Assembly: GCA_000320545.1 (NCBI GenBank)
Contig: ADNK01001946.1
Coordinates: 1 to 64,000, forward strand
From: Bigelowiella natans CCMP2755
Taxonomy: Eukaryota > Protista > Cercozoa
Direction: 5' to 3'
Length of the DNA: 64,000 nucleotides
Notes under the pieces: model-generated
Databases searched by the model: none
Seen by the model: the letters and a program-made list of their open reading frames with translations, nothing else
Told to the model about the DNA's origin: nothing
Program-made: the position numbers and the translations under genes
Shown: positions 1-12,500 of the stretch, piece after piece
Position numbering within the stretch: the stretch's first letter is position 1
How the letters are laid out: each line of letters begins with the position of its first letter

Positions 1-600
1 AGGGGATGGGGTACCAGGATACAGGAATTTCGGGTGAGTGTACGGTGACTTAGACTGTTGTACCACCATCGGATCCCATCGGAATCGCCGTCCTCCATTT
101 TTATAAGATGACTATGATAAAAAGTTGTCGTACTTCACAAAATATGGATATTTACTAATATTTTATAATTATTTGTAAATCGAAGTAACTGAATGTCCAT
201 GTGAGCAGCTGGCTGCTCCCATGAACATCCATCTATCCATACCCTAGTCAGTTTTTCGTTGGAACAAATTTAAATAGATTTGGCTTTACGCTCAACATTA
301 AATCCAGAGAGATTTCTTCCAAAAGACGTGAAAATCTCACAATTTCGAGAATAATGCACCACTTTTAGCTCTTCATCCGACCACGTATCCGATGAATTTT
401 TTCGCTGAAATTCCAGGATTTTCTTACAGGCCTGTAGCATCTGACTTTTCCGATGATCACATTCTCCGAAAACCTAATTTCCTTTTTCATGCTTTCCTCT
501 CCAGAGATTACTCCGACACCCCCCCCCCCCCCCCACACACACACCCGACCTTTCTATTTTTGTGTAATATACACACAACTAACTACCAACATGATCGGCG

Positions 601-2049
601 ATGTTCCTGATGGGTCCCATAAACCTCCCTGCCCCCCCCTCTTTCCTAAAGCTTCCATCGTCAGCATTCACATCGTCCACGCCGCCGTTATCCTCGCCAT
701 CCTCTCTGCGGAGGAACAGAACGCAGCGGTCATCGTCTACATCGCTGCGACAGGAGCGTGATGACGGCGAGGATGGGAAAAGCGAGGAGAAAGAGCAAGA
801 TTCACTTGATCGGCACATGGAAATCGAGCCAGAGGACCCGGAAGAACAGGAGGAAATGGACGACGGAGGCGAGATGGATCAGGCCGACGATGTGCTCTCC
901 GCCGAGGATACGGCAGCTATAATCAGTTCTTGCGATACAATGAAGGACGCGAGAGAGGGTAAAGAGAGGGGAGGAGGAAGAGAAGGAGGAGGAAGAGGAG
1001 GAGCAAAGAACGTTAAAGTAGATCGGTCAGTAATTGATGAAAGCGACAACGCGCAAAACGGAGAAATTGATGCTAATGCCGACGACTCCGGAGGCGGCGC
1101 CAGCGACGACGAAGACGACGAAGACGACGAGAATGAAGTCATCCTTCCCAATCCAAAGATACGAGGTCCAAGAAGCAGAGCTGGGGAGGAGGAGGAAGGG
1201 GCCGCCGCTCCTGGCGACGATAGGGACGCTGCTGGTGCTGTGGAAGGGGTCCAAAGCGACGATTTCAAGCGCAGCAAGGAGCCCTCTGGCAGCAGGAAAG
1301 AGAATCAAAACGACCATTTGGTTGAGAAGGGTATAAGCGGGGAGGAGGAGGAGGAGGAGGAGGAGGAGGAGGAGGAGGATAAGGATGAGGATGATGATAG
1401 TGAAGGCTCTAACCATCAACGAGGCAGCACACCGAAGACAGCTCCAAGCAAACGCCAAGACAGCCGTAGCGAGCAGAGTCAGGGCGACGAGGCGCATAGC
1501 CAAGGCGACGAAAGCGACGAGGATGGAGACGACGATGAAGACAGCGATGAAGACGGAGATGGGGGCGACGACGAACACGGAGATGCCGAGGACGTACCGC
1601 CACAGAAAGAAAACAGCGCAAGCGGGGAAATAGGAGATCCCAGCGGCGTTGAAGATGGCATGGCGCCGCTTATTCTTCCGATCAAGAAGCGAAGGAAACT
1701 TAAGGAAGACGATGCCTCTGGCCGCTCAGGGGACACAACCAAACCACGTCGCAAGTCACCATCGACGTCGTCATCGCCATCATCGCTGCTTTCTGGTGCT
1801 GGGGCTGCTGGTGCCAGTGCACCTGATGGTAAGAGCAGCCCATTTGCCAGGCCTGTTGTGTCCTCCGCCATGGCAGTTGTGATGAAGGAGAGGATCGGGA
1901 GAGCAGCGCTGGCGGCGGCGACGAAGATCAGCCGCAGGATGCAACAAGACCCCGGCGAGAGCGCGAGGGGGGAGGAGGGTGCTGATGGCGACGACGACGA
2001 CGATGATGATGATGACGAGGACGATGATAGTTGGGATGACGACGACGAC

Positions 2050-2080
<31 letters not shown>

Positions 2081-2779
2081 GGAGGGAAGGGCAAGAGCGA
2101 TGCGGAGGAGCGCGCGCATGCAAAGGCAGTGAATGAAGAAATGAAGGCTGCTGATAGCCATGACGGTAGTGAGGATGAAGACCCAGATCGCCCGCATGCC
2201 GGAAGCAGTGAGAAGGCCATGAACGCTGGCCCTCCTATTAAAAATGAAGAGGAGGGGGAATCGGATGAGGATGGCAGTGAGGAGGACGACGATGATGACG
2301 AGGAGGAGGAGGAGGAGGAGGAGGAGGAGGAGAAGGATGAAGAGGAGGGAGAGGGGAGAGAGAGGAGAGAGGAAAAGGAAGAAAATGAGGCGGCAAAAGA
2401 CAAGAAGGCCAAGAATGTCAAAATTAAAGTTTCAAAGCAGAAGGAGAAGGAGGAGGAGGAGGAGGAGGAAGAAGAGGAGGAAGAGGAGGAAAATAAACAA
2501 CAGGAGGGCGATCAAGAGAAAAACGATGAGAAGGAGGAAGCCGATGATGATGAAGAAGAAGATGATGATGATGAGGAGGAGGAGGAGGAGGACGACGACG
2601 AGGAAAAAGAGATTTCAGTGGTAGTGATAATTTCCTAATTTTTCATAAATAAAGCAAGAGCCAAAATCTAATTTAGCTAAGTTTGAGAGGAAGGGAAGGA
2701 TATTTTGATTTGTTTCTCTATCGTTGTCTCGATCTCTTTCTCTCTCTCTCGCGATCTCTTTCTCTTTTTGCGATCTCTT

Positions 2780-2810
<31 letters not shown>

Positions 2811-3384
2811 TGTTTTCCCTCTCCCTCCTTCACGCACACACTAAATATACATATATATATATATATATATCCATTAACATATTCATCTGGTACTCTGGTA
2901 CAAATCCACACCACGTAGAAACGGCGGCGACTTACGCGCCGCGACAGGCGCTCCCCAATGCGAGTCGCGATGGCTCGCCATAGCTTTGAGCGCATGCTGC
3001 GCGACTCCTCTCAGAGCCCGCCGATTCGGCCCGTCCGGTCGTCAGCCTCCGGAGCTGACGTGGACGAGTCAAAGAACACCATTGACTATTTTGAGCTGCA
3101 AAAGCGACTACGACATGCTCGAAAGGAGGCAGCAATGCGGCAGCGAGCACTCCAGGCTGCTGCCTTTAAGATTGGAACTGGTGGGGAGGAGATGATGCGT
3201 CCATGCGTTGTGAAAGAGGGGGGGGGAGGGGGGGGGAATAGGTTGGGGTGAATGGGGTGGGGTTAGCCGGCGTGCTCTCTTTCTCTTTGTCTTTCTTTTA
3301 ATTGGAGTCATGTTTCTAATTCACCTCCTTGTACGGAATCGATCATAAAAGATGTCAGGCATAATTTTATCGATTGCATCAATG

Positions 3385-3427
<43 letters not shown>

Positions 3428-4042
3428 ATATATATGCATTACACACACACACACAAACATTAAAATGAATATATAGTATTTGATATGGGAATGTAATGCG
3501 TAGGAGGTGACGCCGCAGGGTCACTACCCGCAACATCGGCATCACAGGGAGGCCCCTCCTCCCCGCACCACATGCTCATGGGGGCAGACGATGTAACGAC
3601 GCTGAACGGGGTCGAGGCCATGCTGAACCTAACCAGAAAGCGTTCCAGAAGAAGCTACTCAAGCAGAAGTAGCAGCAGCAGTGGGAGCGACTCTGCCAAC
3701 GAGGGAGGGGGAGATGAGAGGGGGGGGGGAGGGGAGGTGGACGACGAAGACGACGACGAGGACGATATGGAAAGTGATGAAGGTGATGCTGCATCTCGCA
3801 GGATTACAACACGAAATCAGACAAAGAAACGTAACGTCGTAGCTGGAGAGAACGCTAGCCCATCATCATCCGCAAATGCGGCCACTACCGCGAGGGAGCG
3901 AAGAAATACATCCCTGAATGTCCCCGTGAAGAAGGCCTCCCAGAAAGGGAAGCTGAATTCCGAGGAGTCCTCATCCTCTTCGTCGTCCGACGATGACTGC
4001 GGTCTCCTTGATCTGTCTCTAGACGAAGCTAGGCTGTCTCAG

Positions 4043-4073
<31 letters not shown>

Positions 4074-4357
4074 ATCAGCAGCATCAGCGGTCGTCGCTAC
4101 GGCGCGCTGACTCTTCTACGGTCTCTGCTGATGACAGAGTCGAAAATTCGAGGAAAAGGGCCCGTCATGATAGAGTGAGACTTGACGAAATGAGCAGCAG
4201 CAGGAACAATGGCCTTCCTGCCGGTAAGCCCGCTCAGAAAAATGACAAGATGGCAAATCCGCGCCGACCGCGACGCAGAGAGAAAGGGTTCGCGTCGATG
4301 ATCAAGATTTTGAACACCTCCAGGCACCGGAAGAAAAGCAAAGGGAGAACGCACTAG
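601..4357 (+). CDS. Large acidic, low-complexity (Asp/Glu/Ser-rich) hypothetical protein, 3 exons
   Basis: ORF 601-2136 continues into the 1979-2638 frame across an apparent 1-nt frameshift near 2080. GT-AG introns 2621-2918 (phase 0) and 3181-3503 (phase 1) join ORFs 2958-3251 and 3572-4357 in frame. No recognisable domain. Confidence 0.7.
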
Positions 4358-5224
4358 ACTTCTGGTGCGCAAGCATTCGAGCCCTGTATGCCAAGTCGTG
4401 TTTGACTATGATGGTAGACTTGTAATACAATGTGTGTGTGTACGTGTAGTGTTACTGTGTACGCCCATCATTGTGTCGAGCAGATCATTCAATTCGTGTT
4501 GGCCTGCATGGCAGTCTAGCAGAATGGCTAGAAGTAGAAAATTGGAGAAGGCGCGCAGATGTAGCATGAAAAGGTTCAAGAAGATGAGACATCTAGAAGT
4601 TTGGAACTCTCCAGCACCAGCTAGATCTAGCTAGCTAGCTAGCTAGGTCTAGAGGTAGCAATCACTCCAGCATCAGGATTTCCAAACCTGCATGGAAAAT
4701 GCTAGAATGGCGACACACATGCCAGCATGCATGAACATCTGCAAGACCTGGTTGCACGTCGCGCCGCTTGCCAGCTAGCACCGCTAGACCGTGCGCACCA
4801 CGCTGACAGGCTCCAGGGCTGGCTAGCTAGCGCGGCTAGCATGTGCTGGAGGGCTGGCCAGCTGGAGGGTCTAGCGCAACTCCCTGGCTAGAGAGACGTG
4901 CTGGCATGGTTCAACAACCTAGCTAGCTAGCTAGCTAGTTGGCGTCTCACAGGGACATTGATGTCCACATGCGTGTACGCGCAAGGAACACATGTACCCA
5001 GGCACACCACGTGTACTAAAAAGAGCACATGTGCCATGTTCACGTCTACACGTGCACCAAAAAAGACATGCACATGTACCAAAAATTCACATCAGCATGC
5101 ACATTGCACACGTGACATCACACGTCCATCGTGAGCATCCCTGGCCAAGTGCACCTGCAAATTGTCTCAAGCTGTTGTCTGCGTGCACACGTGACAAAAT
5201 CAATCCGTTTGTTTTCATTCACAT

Positions 5225-5365
5225 CAACGTCGTGCATCCACCAACACAAAACAACTTGCCATCTGCAACAGCCACTCCCAAACAACACCTAGTGGTCCCC
5301 AAGTCAGGCAGATTCTTCCACTCCTCATTCACTTTCTTCAAATCCACACTCTAGATTTGAGGTCG
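5225..5365 (-). pseudogene. Degenerate inverted fragment of one Kelch repeat
   Basis: The reverse complement (cgacctcaaatct...ggatttgaagaaagtgaatgaggagtggaagaatctgcctgac...gatggcaagttgttttgtgttggtgga) aligns by eye to 7062-7195. Confidence 0.85.
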
Positions 5366-5376
5366 AATTAGTTTCA

Positions 5377-5825
5377 GGTGTGGAGAGTCTCCAGAGACTC
5401 CCGAATCAATTTTGGAAAAAAATGTCCACAATTTCAGGTTGTCACAAAGTTCCAATCCATCAAATGTTTAGATGTTTTAGACAAAACTTTCAGCAAGAAC
5501 AAACTGAAACCTGCTGAAAACGAAGCAGCAAGAAAAACAACAGAGGAAAAAAAAACCCGAAACCGAGAGAGAAGTGGACTGACGAACCTGTTGAAATGCA
5601 GACGCGCAAGCGAAAAAAGAAAGCAAGTTGGCAGGTGGTTTTTTTTCCTGAGTTGAGGGAGTGGCATCCATTCGATTCGTGTTTGTGACAACCTGAAATT
5701 AATGCTTGTCGTAGGTGATGATGGCAGGTCATTCATCGGGAAACAATCCACATTTTTCTGGTCTAGATCTAATCGCTTGCGGACTCATTTGTCATCGACA
5801 TTTTTTTCTGGAGACTCTCCACACC
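5377..5825. mobile_element. Non-autonomous TIR element (MITE-like), about 450 bp
   Basis: Perfect 19-bp terminal inverted repeats GGTGTGGAGAGTCTCCAGA (5377-5395) and TCTGGAGACTCTCCACACC (5807-5825). A second perfect 19-bp inverted pair lies at 5430-5448 / 5682-5700. CA flanks both ends. Confidence 0.75.
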
Positions 5826-5826
5826 C

Positions 5827-7848
5827 ATGACCAATTCAGGTTCCACAGACCCTTGCGAAGGTTGTGTCTATGCACAGACTAGTGACATCAAGCAATGGGA
5901 GGGTGCAACATCTGTGTCACAATTCTTGGGAAAAGACGATTGGAAAGTGAGCTGCAGACAAAAGAAGAGGCGAAAGAAAGTGTCAAATGCTTCAGGCATT
6001 GGTGGCCTCGAAAATTCGACAAGCTGTGGATCCACTGCGACTTTCTTTGTTTCTAGGAATCGAACGAGCAACAAAGACAAGAACGTGAGCGAGAAAGTGA
6101 AGCAACTGGAAAATCATCTGAGGTGTTGGAAGGAAAATTTGAAACACGAGTTGAAGAAGCGAGAGGAAGACATGTCCAAATGTGAGACTCAATTGAAGAA
6201 ACTGGAGAATGAAATCAAAGATGGAGACAGCGATGAAGGGGAGACCAACGAAGGGTTGGATGGTGAGTGCAAAGAGCGAGACATGATCCGTGAAATCATG
6301 ACCCAGCGAGACATTTTGGGAAAGCATCGCAAGAAAATCAAGGAAATCAACGATGTATTGGAAGGAAGGAAAGTTTGTAGCAAATTGAGGGATGCTCGGG
6401 ACATTTTGAATGGCCAGAAGAGTTCGGAAGTCGCTCATCAAGTGACGATGGAGCAATGTGCTTTCAAGCCAATGGACACAAAATTTGTGCTGAAATGCAA
6501 ATTCAACGATGGGAAAATGTCAGTTGTGTCTCAGTTGAGCGACGAAAGTGTCACAGTGGATGGGATGTCCTTCAAAGGGCACAGCCTTTCCTGTTTGCGA
6601 AAGTGCGGGGACGAAGCAACTGTGATTGCGGTCGCCCAAGCGGAGCTTCAGTTGTCGGAATCCATTCAAACTCTGTATGAGAAGACAGCTGAAAAAATCA
6701 CACGACTTAGAAATGAATATGAGGAGGCAGACATCAACGACGAAGGAAGAAAGTACAACCTGGTCGCGGAGGAACTGAAAATGAAGCGATTACTCGGCAG
6801 GATTAAAAAAGGATAGCATAAAGCTGAGATGCTGGTGAGTGCCTGCATCGTTGAGAGACTGGACGACCTCAAATTAGATAAATCGGTCAATGTCAACGGT
6901 CAACAAATACTAGCAGAGCTGGAGCGCCAACGAAAATTATCGGAGATGAAGATGTGGACAAAACTGCCTGATGTGGGGACTGAGAGGAATGATGTGGGTG
7001 TGGCCGTTGGGGATGGCAAGCTCTTTGCGGTTGGTGGGCATGATAATGATGACAAAGGTTACGACCTCAAATCTGGGGAGTATCTGGATTTGAAGACAGT
7101 GGATGAGGGGTGGAAGAATCTGCCTGATATGGGGACTATTAGGTGTTATTTGGGTGTGGCTTTTGGGGATGGCAAGCTGTTTGCTGTTGGTGGGTGTGGT
7201 GGTAGTGGTCACCTCAAATCTGGTGAGTATCTGGATTTGAAGAAAGTGGATGAGGGGTGGAAGAGACTGCCTGATATGAATATTAAGAGGGATGATTTGG
7301 GTATGGCCGTTGGGAATGGCAAGCTGTTTGCGGTTGGTGGGCATGAAGGTGATAATTATCACAAATCTGGGGAGTATCTGGATTTAAAGAAAGTGGATGA
7401 GGGGTGGAAGAAACTTCCTGATATGGGGTCTAAGAGGAGCTTTTTGGGTGTGGCCGTTGGGGATGGCAAGCTGTTTGCTGTTGGTGGGCTGGATGGTGAT
7501 ATTGGTGCTCGTCCTACTTTGAAATCTGCGGAGTATCTGGATTTGAAGGAGATGTCGGCGGGGTGGAAGTATCTGCCTGATATGAATATTAGGAGGAACC
7601 ATTTTGGTGTGGCCGTTGGGGATGGAAAGCTGTTTTCTGTTGGTGGGTGGGATGATAGTAGTAGTTCCAAATCTAGGGAGTATCTGGATTTGAAGAAAGT
7701 GGATGCGGGGTGGAAGGAGCTTCCTGATATGAATTTAAAGAGAGATGAGTTGGGTGTGGCCGTTGGGGATGGCAAGCTGTTTGCAGTTGGTGGGTGGGAT
7801 GGTTACAATTCTTTCAAATCTGGGGAGTATCTTCGTATCGCTATGTAG
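5827..7848 (+). CDS. Coiled-coil plus Kelch beta-propeller protein, interrupted by an in-frame TAG (possible pseudogene)
   Basis: ORFs 5827-6816 and 6829-7848 are in the same frame and separated by one TAG (6814-6816). About six Kelch repeats (GDGKLFAVGG...SGEYLDLKKVDEGWKxLPDM). Intronless. Confidence 0.85.
6950..7832 (+). repeat. Tandem coding repeats of about 140-150 nt (Kelch blades), very similar at the DNA level
   Basis: Recurrent gatggcaagctgtttgcNgttggtggg and gagtatctggatttgaagaaagtggatgaggggtggaag. Confidence 0.9.
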
Positions 7849-7859
7849 ACTGCTTCCGC

Positions 7860-9240
7860 ACACACATCGAGATCCATGTGGAGAAACATGGTCATTCATA
7901 GCCATCTACAACTTCGCTCATTAGACAAATGTGGACTTTCATCACTTCATCTCTTAGTTTGCGATAGAATTCAGGATTCAGTTCGGCTTTTAGGTCGTCC
8001 ATTGCGAGGACGATTTCACTAAGCGTTCATCGGCAATGTCATAGACTTCTTCTGCTGTGCTACTTTTTGTTGCTTGCTCAATGTCACTCATGTTGATCTC
8101 ACAGTGAGATGTGTCTTCAAATGAAATCATGGATGAATGCTCTGTGAAAGTTGTGAACAGGAATCCTTTTGCTGATGGAACATGTTGTTAAGTGAGTGCG
8201 TTGTAGCAGTCACATGTCAGCACATGGCAGTAGCACATTGGTGTGTAGCTAGCAGTCGCATGTCAGTGCACAGCAGCAGCAATTAGCAGTCGCATGTCAG
8301 CACATGAGCACAGCACGCAGCGAAATGCTTCCCGCACATGCGGAATGTCAAAAAACAACTCTCACATCTGAATGCCGTGCTAGCATGTGAGACAAATGTG
8401 CGCAGACTGAAGAAACGAAATCCTTTCAATGCTAGAATGGTCATCCCAATCTAGCAATGCAGCCATCTAGCCATGCTAGCATGCAAAGCAGCGGCTGCAG
8501 CGCTCACGTTGCATCTGTGATCGACTGCTGTCTTTTCTGTCACACGGCTAGCTAGCTAGACGGACTTTCATGCATTCAAAATCATTCTTGTCCGGTCGTC
8601 GATGTCTGTTTGCAGCACGCGCAGTAGTTCTTGCCTCTTTTTCTGCTGCAGTCAGTGGCTTTGTCTCATCGCACGTTTCGATTCATGATGGTGTTCGTGC
8701 ATGCAATTCGTGCATCATGCCGGAGTGCCAGGCTAGCAGGCCTTCATTTGGATGCGCTTTTTCAAACACACCTCTAGACCTGCTGCTTTTCAAGTTTGGC
8801 GCAACTGTGTGATGCAGCACATCTAGACATTTCTGGATTTGCGCATCGTCACCGCAGTGCCGATTGTGGACACAGCTAGACAGTGATGGCACACATCTAG
8901 ACATGTCGTGCTAGCATGCACATCTACTAGATCTAGACATGATCATTCCAGACGTTCTAGCGTTGCTAGATTGAACACTCTAGCAATCCTTGAGCTTACG
9001 ACTGCTAGACTGGCTAGCTGGTCTAGAGACAAAGCGCTTGAAAGTCTGATGATCATTTTGCGACGCTTCAACCTAGCTAGCTAGATCTTGAGATGTGTGG
9101 ATGTGGTTCAGGTTTAGTTTTCTATTGGTCATTTTTACTGGCACAAACAGCTTGATTGTCGTCCAGCCGTAAAGCATGATGATGCGCATGTAAATATCTA
9201 CATACTAGCCAGCCTTTACTAGTTTAGACATGCTAGCATG
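7860..9240. other. TpA-depleted, CTAG/CATG-rich patch 2 between convergent 3' ends
   Basis: In 7860-8260 nearly every surviving TA reads TAG or CTA (catag, tctac, attag, cttag, gatag, tttag, actaa, gctac, tgtag). Confidence 0.85.
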
Positions 9241-9546
9241 TAGCGGGATACACATGCTTATTATGTTTAAACACTGAGACATTAATGAGTACACGGGTTC
9301 AGTGGAACCGTTTTCATCTGGTGATTCTAATGATACCAAAGATTAATTTTATCCGCCGAGTCACTAACATGTCTTATATTTTATCTCCTCATGTCTACAA
9401 TCTAGTTTTTATATCTATAAACTTCTAGACGATTTCTAATCCATCATAAGATGTCTAATACTTTTTATACTCGTGCTAATCTACGGACGCGTATTTTTTC
9501 TTCTTAAACTCTGATAACACGCGTGGTCGACGGCGTACAGCTGATA

Positions 9547-12500
9547 TTATTGATGATATAGGGTTTCATCAAGATGATATTTCAAGTTAAACGCTAGCTA
9601 GATTTTATTTGGTTTCTAGAAAAATTGCTGAAAGCTAAGTTACATGAATCGTAATCATCAAATACCTTTGGGTGGAGAGTGGGCTACTGGATCTTCTGCT
9701 GAAGCTTCTGTGAGATCTTTAGCTGTAAAGATCCAACTCTCTTCCAAAAAGGTGCTATTCAAAGTACCCTATTGAGAAGATAGATAGGTTGAATTCTGAT
9801 CATTGATTATGTAAACAAATTATGGACCGTTTCCGAGAATGTATCTTTATAGTCGGAATTCTTGTCAAACGTAGCAGTATTTGTGACAGAAACGTCGTCG
9901 TCATCATCCAAAGCGAATGGCATGCTTTAAAACGTAATTATTGTTTTTTACTTTTCAAGCAACAAATAATTCTACATTGGTAAAACATCTCACATGCGAT
10001 TCCTGCGCTTCTTCCGCTTAAATGTATTCGATTTCCTAATTTGTGTAGACATGTAATAGAATAGACTTTGTAAATATGAATTGGCTCACAAGGTTAACAA
10101 ATTGTATAATTGTAAAATAGCCCATGCACATTTCTACATTAAGTTCATGGGTTTAACGGTACGTTGCTAGCAGCATGTCGCTAGGAGTCATATCAGCCTG
10201 TAAGTAGGATAGAAGTATGAGGATAATTCTAAATAATTAGAATTACTCCCGAATTCATGACACCCAATACCACATCGCTTTCGTCTTTGTATATATTTCA
10301 ATTTCGCTATCTAGTTAGACCAGTGTATCCGAGTCGGGAGACAAGTCTGCTTTATCAATGGGGTACCTAGTATGAATGCACTTAGTTCGATTTGACGTGA
10401 AATATCTTGAGAGGTAATATTTACCACTGACGTAAACTGCCTTGTAAATCCTTTTTCATTCTCCGCTGAAAATGGTTCATAAGAGAATCTAATGTAAAGG
10501 ATGCGAGTAAATGTAAATACCATTCTAGCTTTTGAATCCTCTGCTCTTGTGAGATCCGAATCACTGGACTCGTCGTAAATCTCATTCTACAATTACCAAG
10601 CTATTTTGTTACATTAGATAAAATGAGCATTTAAATTTATGTACGTTGACAGCAACAGAATGTCCTCTCCTCCGATAAATGTCGTCTTAGTCAAAATATT
10701 AAATTAATGTTTCCCCATTGAAATTGAAAGTGCATCCTAAAATACCTTGAAAAGAATGCAGGTCTGACATAGAATCAAGGTTGAGTTGAACGAAAGGTTT
10801 GCTATCTGACTTCGGTCTCAGAATAAAGGAAGGAGAATTCCCACTACGCACTAATGGCTGGGATGTAGAGGATGAATAAATCTTGGAGCTTAATGATTAA
10901 ACAGCTCTGGTAAAAGTGACTCTTACTTTTAATGGGGCCGTATTTGATCGATAATTCTTACTTCCATCTGATTGAGTACAACTTCAACAGAATATACGTT
11001 GCGGAATAACGTCGAGGCCCTACCTGATGGCTTGTTTTCAACTTCGTTGCACGAGCCTACTGTTTTAGCTACATGGGTGTTCCTATTGAATCCTAGGCTC
11101 TTTGGAATATTTAATCTAGGGTTGCTGGTGTATAATGGTTGAGGTGAGGACCGCCCTATGATGAATGCGAAAGATGAGTGCCAGAAGACCCGAAGGGCTA
11201 GTCTCTTCAAATTGGAATACACTTAAATACCGCTCGCGTAAACCGAACTTCTTGAAGATCCTCTGCTCCGATTCCATTCAATTTTTTCGTTTGATTCGTT
11301 TAGGCTTCCACTCTTCCTATTGTCGGAAGCTCTAGGTGATCTTGACTTGAAGCGGAGGAGGGATCTCGGAGACAAGGAACTTTGACTTTTTTGCTCTGAA
11401 AGTTTAAAAATTAATAAATTAGATTTATCCACATATAAAACTGAGCCTATATTTTATTTAACACATCCTTTGTTAAGTTCTTGCCTTTAGGAAGGATCTG
11501 AACGAGCCCGATGTCTAAAGCTGCCTGAGACTACAATTTAATAATTTCACAAAGATAAATAAATTAACGCAACTACAAGTAAATACATTCAATAATACTT
11601 AATACTTGTTGGATTATTGTCTGACCGTTGATGTAGGCATTGGGGGGGGTTCAGGCATAGGCTCTTCGTCCTGACTATCTTCTTTGGGCCGACTCCAACA
11701 CCTACAACCAAAACCATCATCCATGGGTTGCGTTTGAGAAATACATTCCCCTACTTGTATAGATTTCTGAAATATTCCATGACACTGCTGTCTCTTCGCT
11801 TGAAATAGCTGCTCCTTCGTTTGGACTGCCGAGAATGTCGATCCTTTGTAGCTACAGACTTCACGGAGGAGAGGATTTCATTTACTTCGCCCTTTATCAT
11901 TTGCTTTTTCCTGCATATAATCCATATAAACTACCGGCAACATAATGCATCTACCACCACTTTACCCAATATCAAGTGACTGTACGCGTCTGTGTGTTAT
12001 CAGCTTCTTCTTCTTGGAAGTACTTATCATGTTTCCTGAAGAATATTAGAATACTGAGTATTTCCGTTCAATGATTCTACAGTTTTGAGGTGAAAATGAA
12101 AAAGAATACTGTTTCTTAAGAAGGGCTGTGGCGTCAGTGGTCTCGAAGCAGCGGGCGAACGCGAGTGTCGGGATACAGGACTGGGGGTGATAGAACGAGG
12201 TGTAGATGGCCACCAGCCTATAAAAAAAAAGTAAGAGACCTTAAGAAGAAAAACGGCATAATGTTTCGATTAAAATCTTGTTCTAACCCGAATTTGCTCT
12301 AGATCGGCTATTTCTGAACATGAGTAGCACTCAGCTTTTGTTGATATTTTACCCAATATTTAAAACCTGTTTTGCCGCCGTTTGGCTGCTTGAATGTGGA
12401 TAGCATCTTTAATCTTCCTCGATATGGAATGTACCTGAGATTATATGATCATCGAATTTTACGTTGCCGAGGAGCAGCTAGATGTAGAGCGGTGCCGAAC

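Larger units (their letters stand above)
4480..6676. other. TpA-depleted, CTAG/CATG-rich patch 1
   Basis: Runs such as ctagctagctag, gcatgc and cacgtg. Most remaining TA is in CTAG, TAG or CTA context. Confidence 0.8.

Noticed and set aside
1-98. Possible first exon of a minus-strand gene (MEDGDSDGIRWWYN...)
   Set aside because: It runs off the window edge and is too short to support.
6950-7832. Regular repeats with variable spacers as a CRISPR-like array
   Set aside because: The units are in-frame Kelch coding repeats of about 140-150 nt in a eukaryotic gene, and there are no cas genes.
4480-9240. CA/TG excess explained by 5mC CpG decay or classical RIP
   Set aside because: CpG remains common in the patches and TpA is lost rather than gained, which is opposite to RIP and not predicted by CpG deamination.
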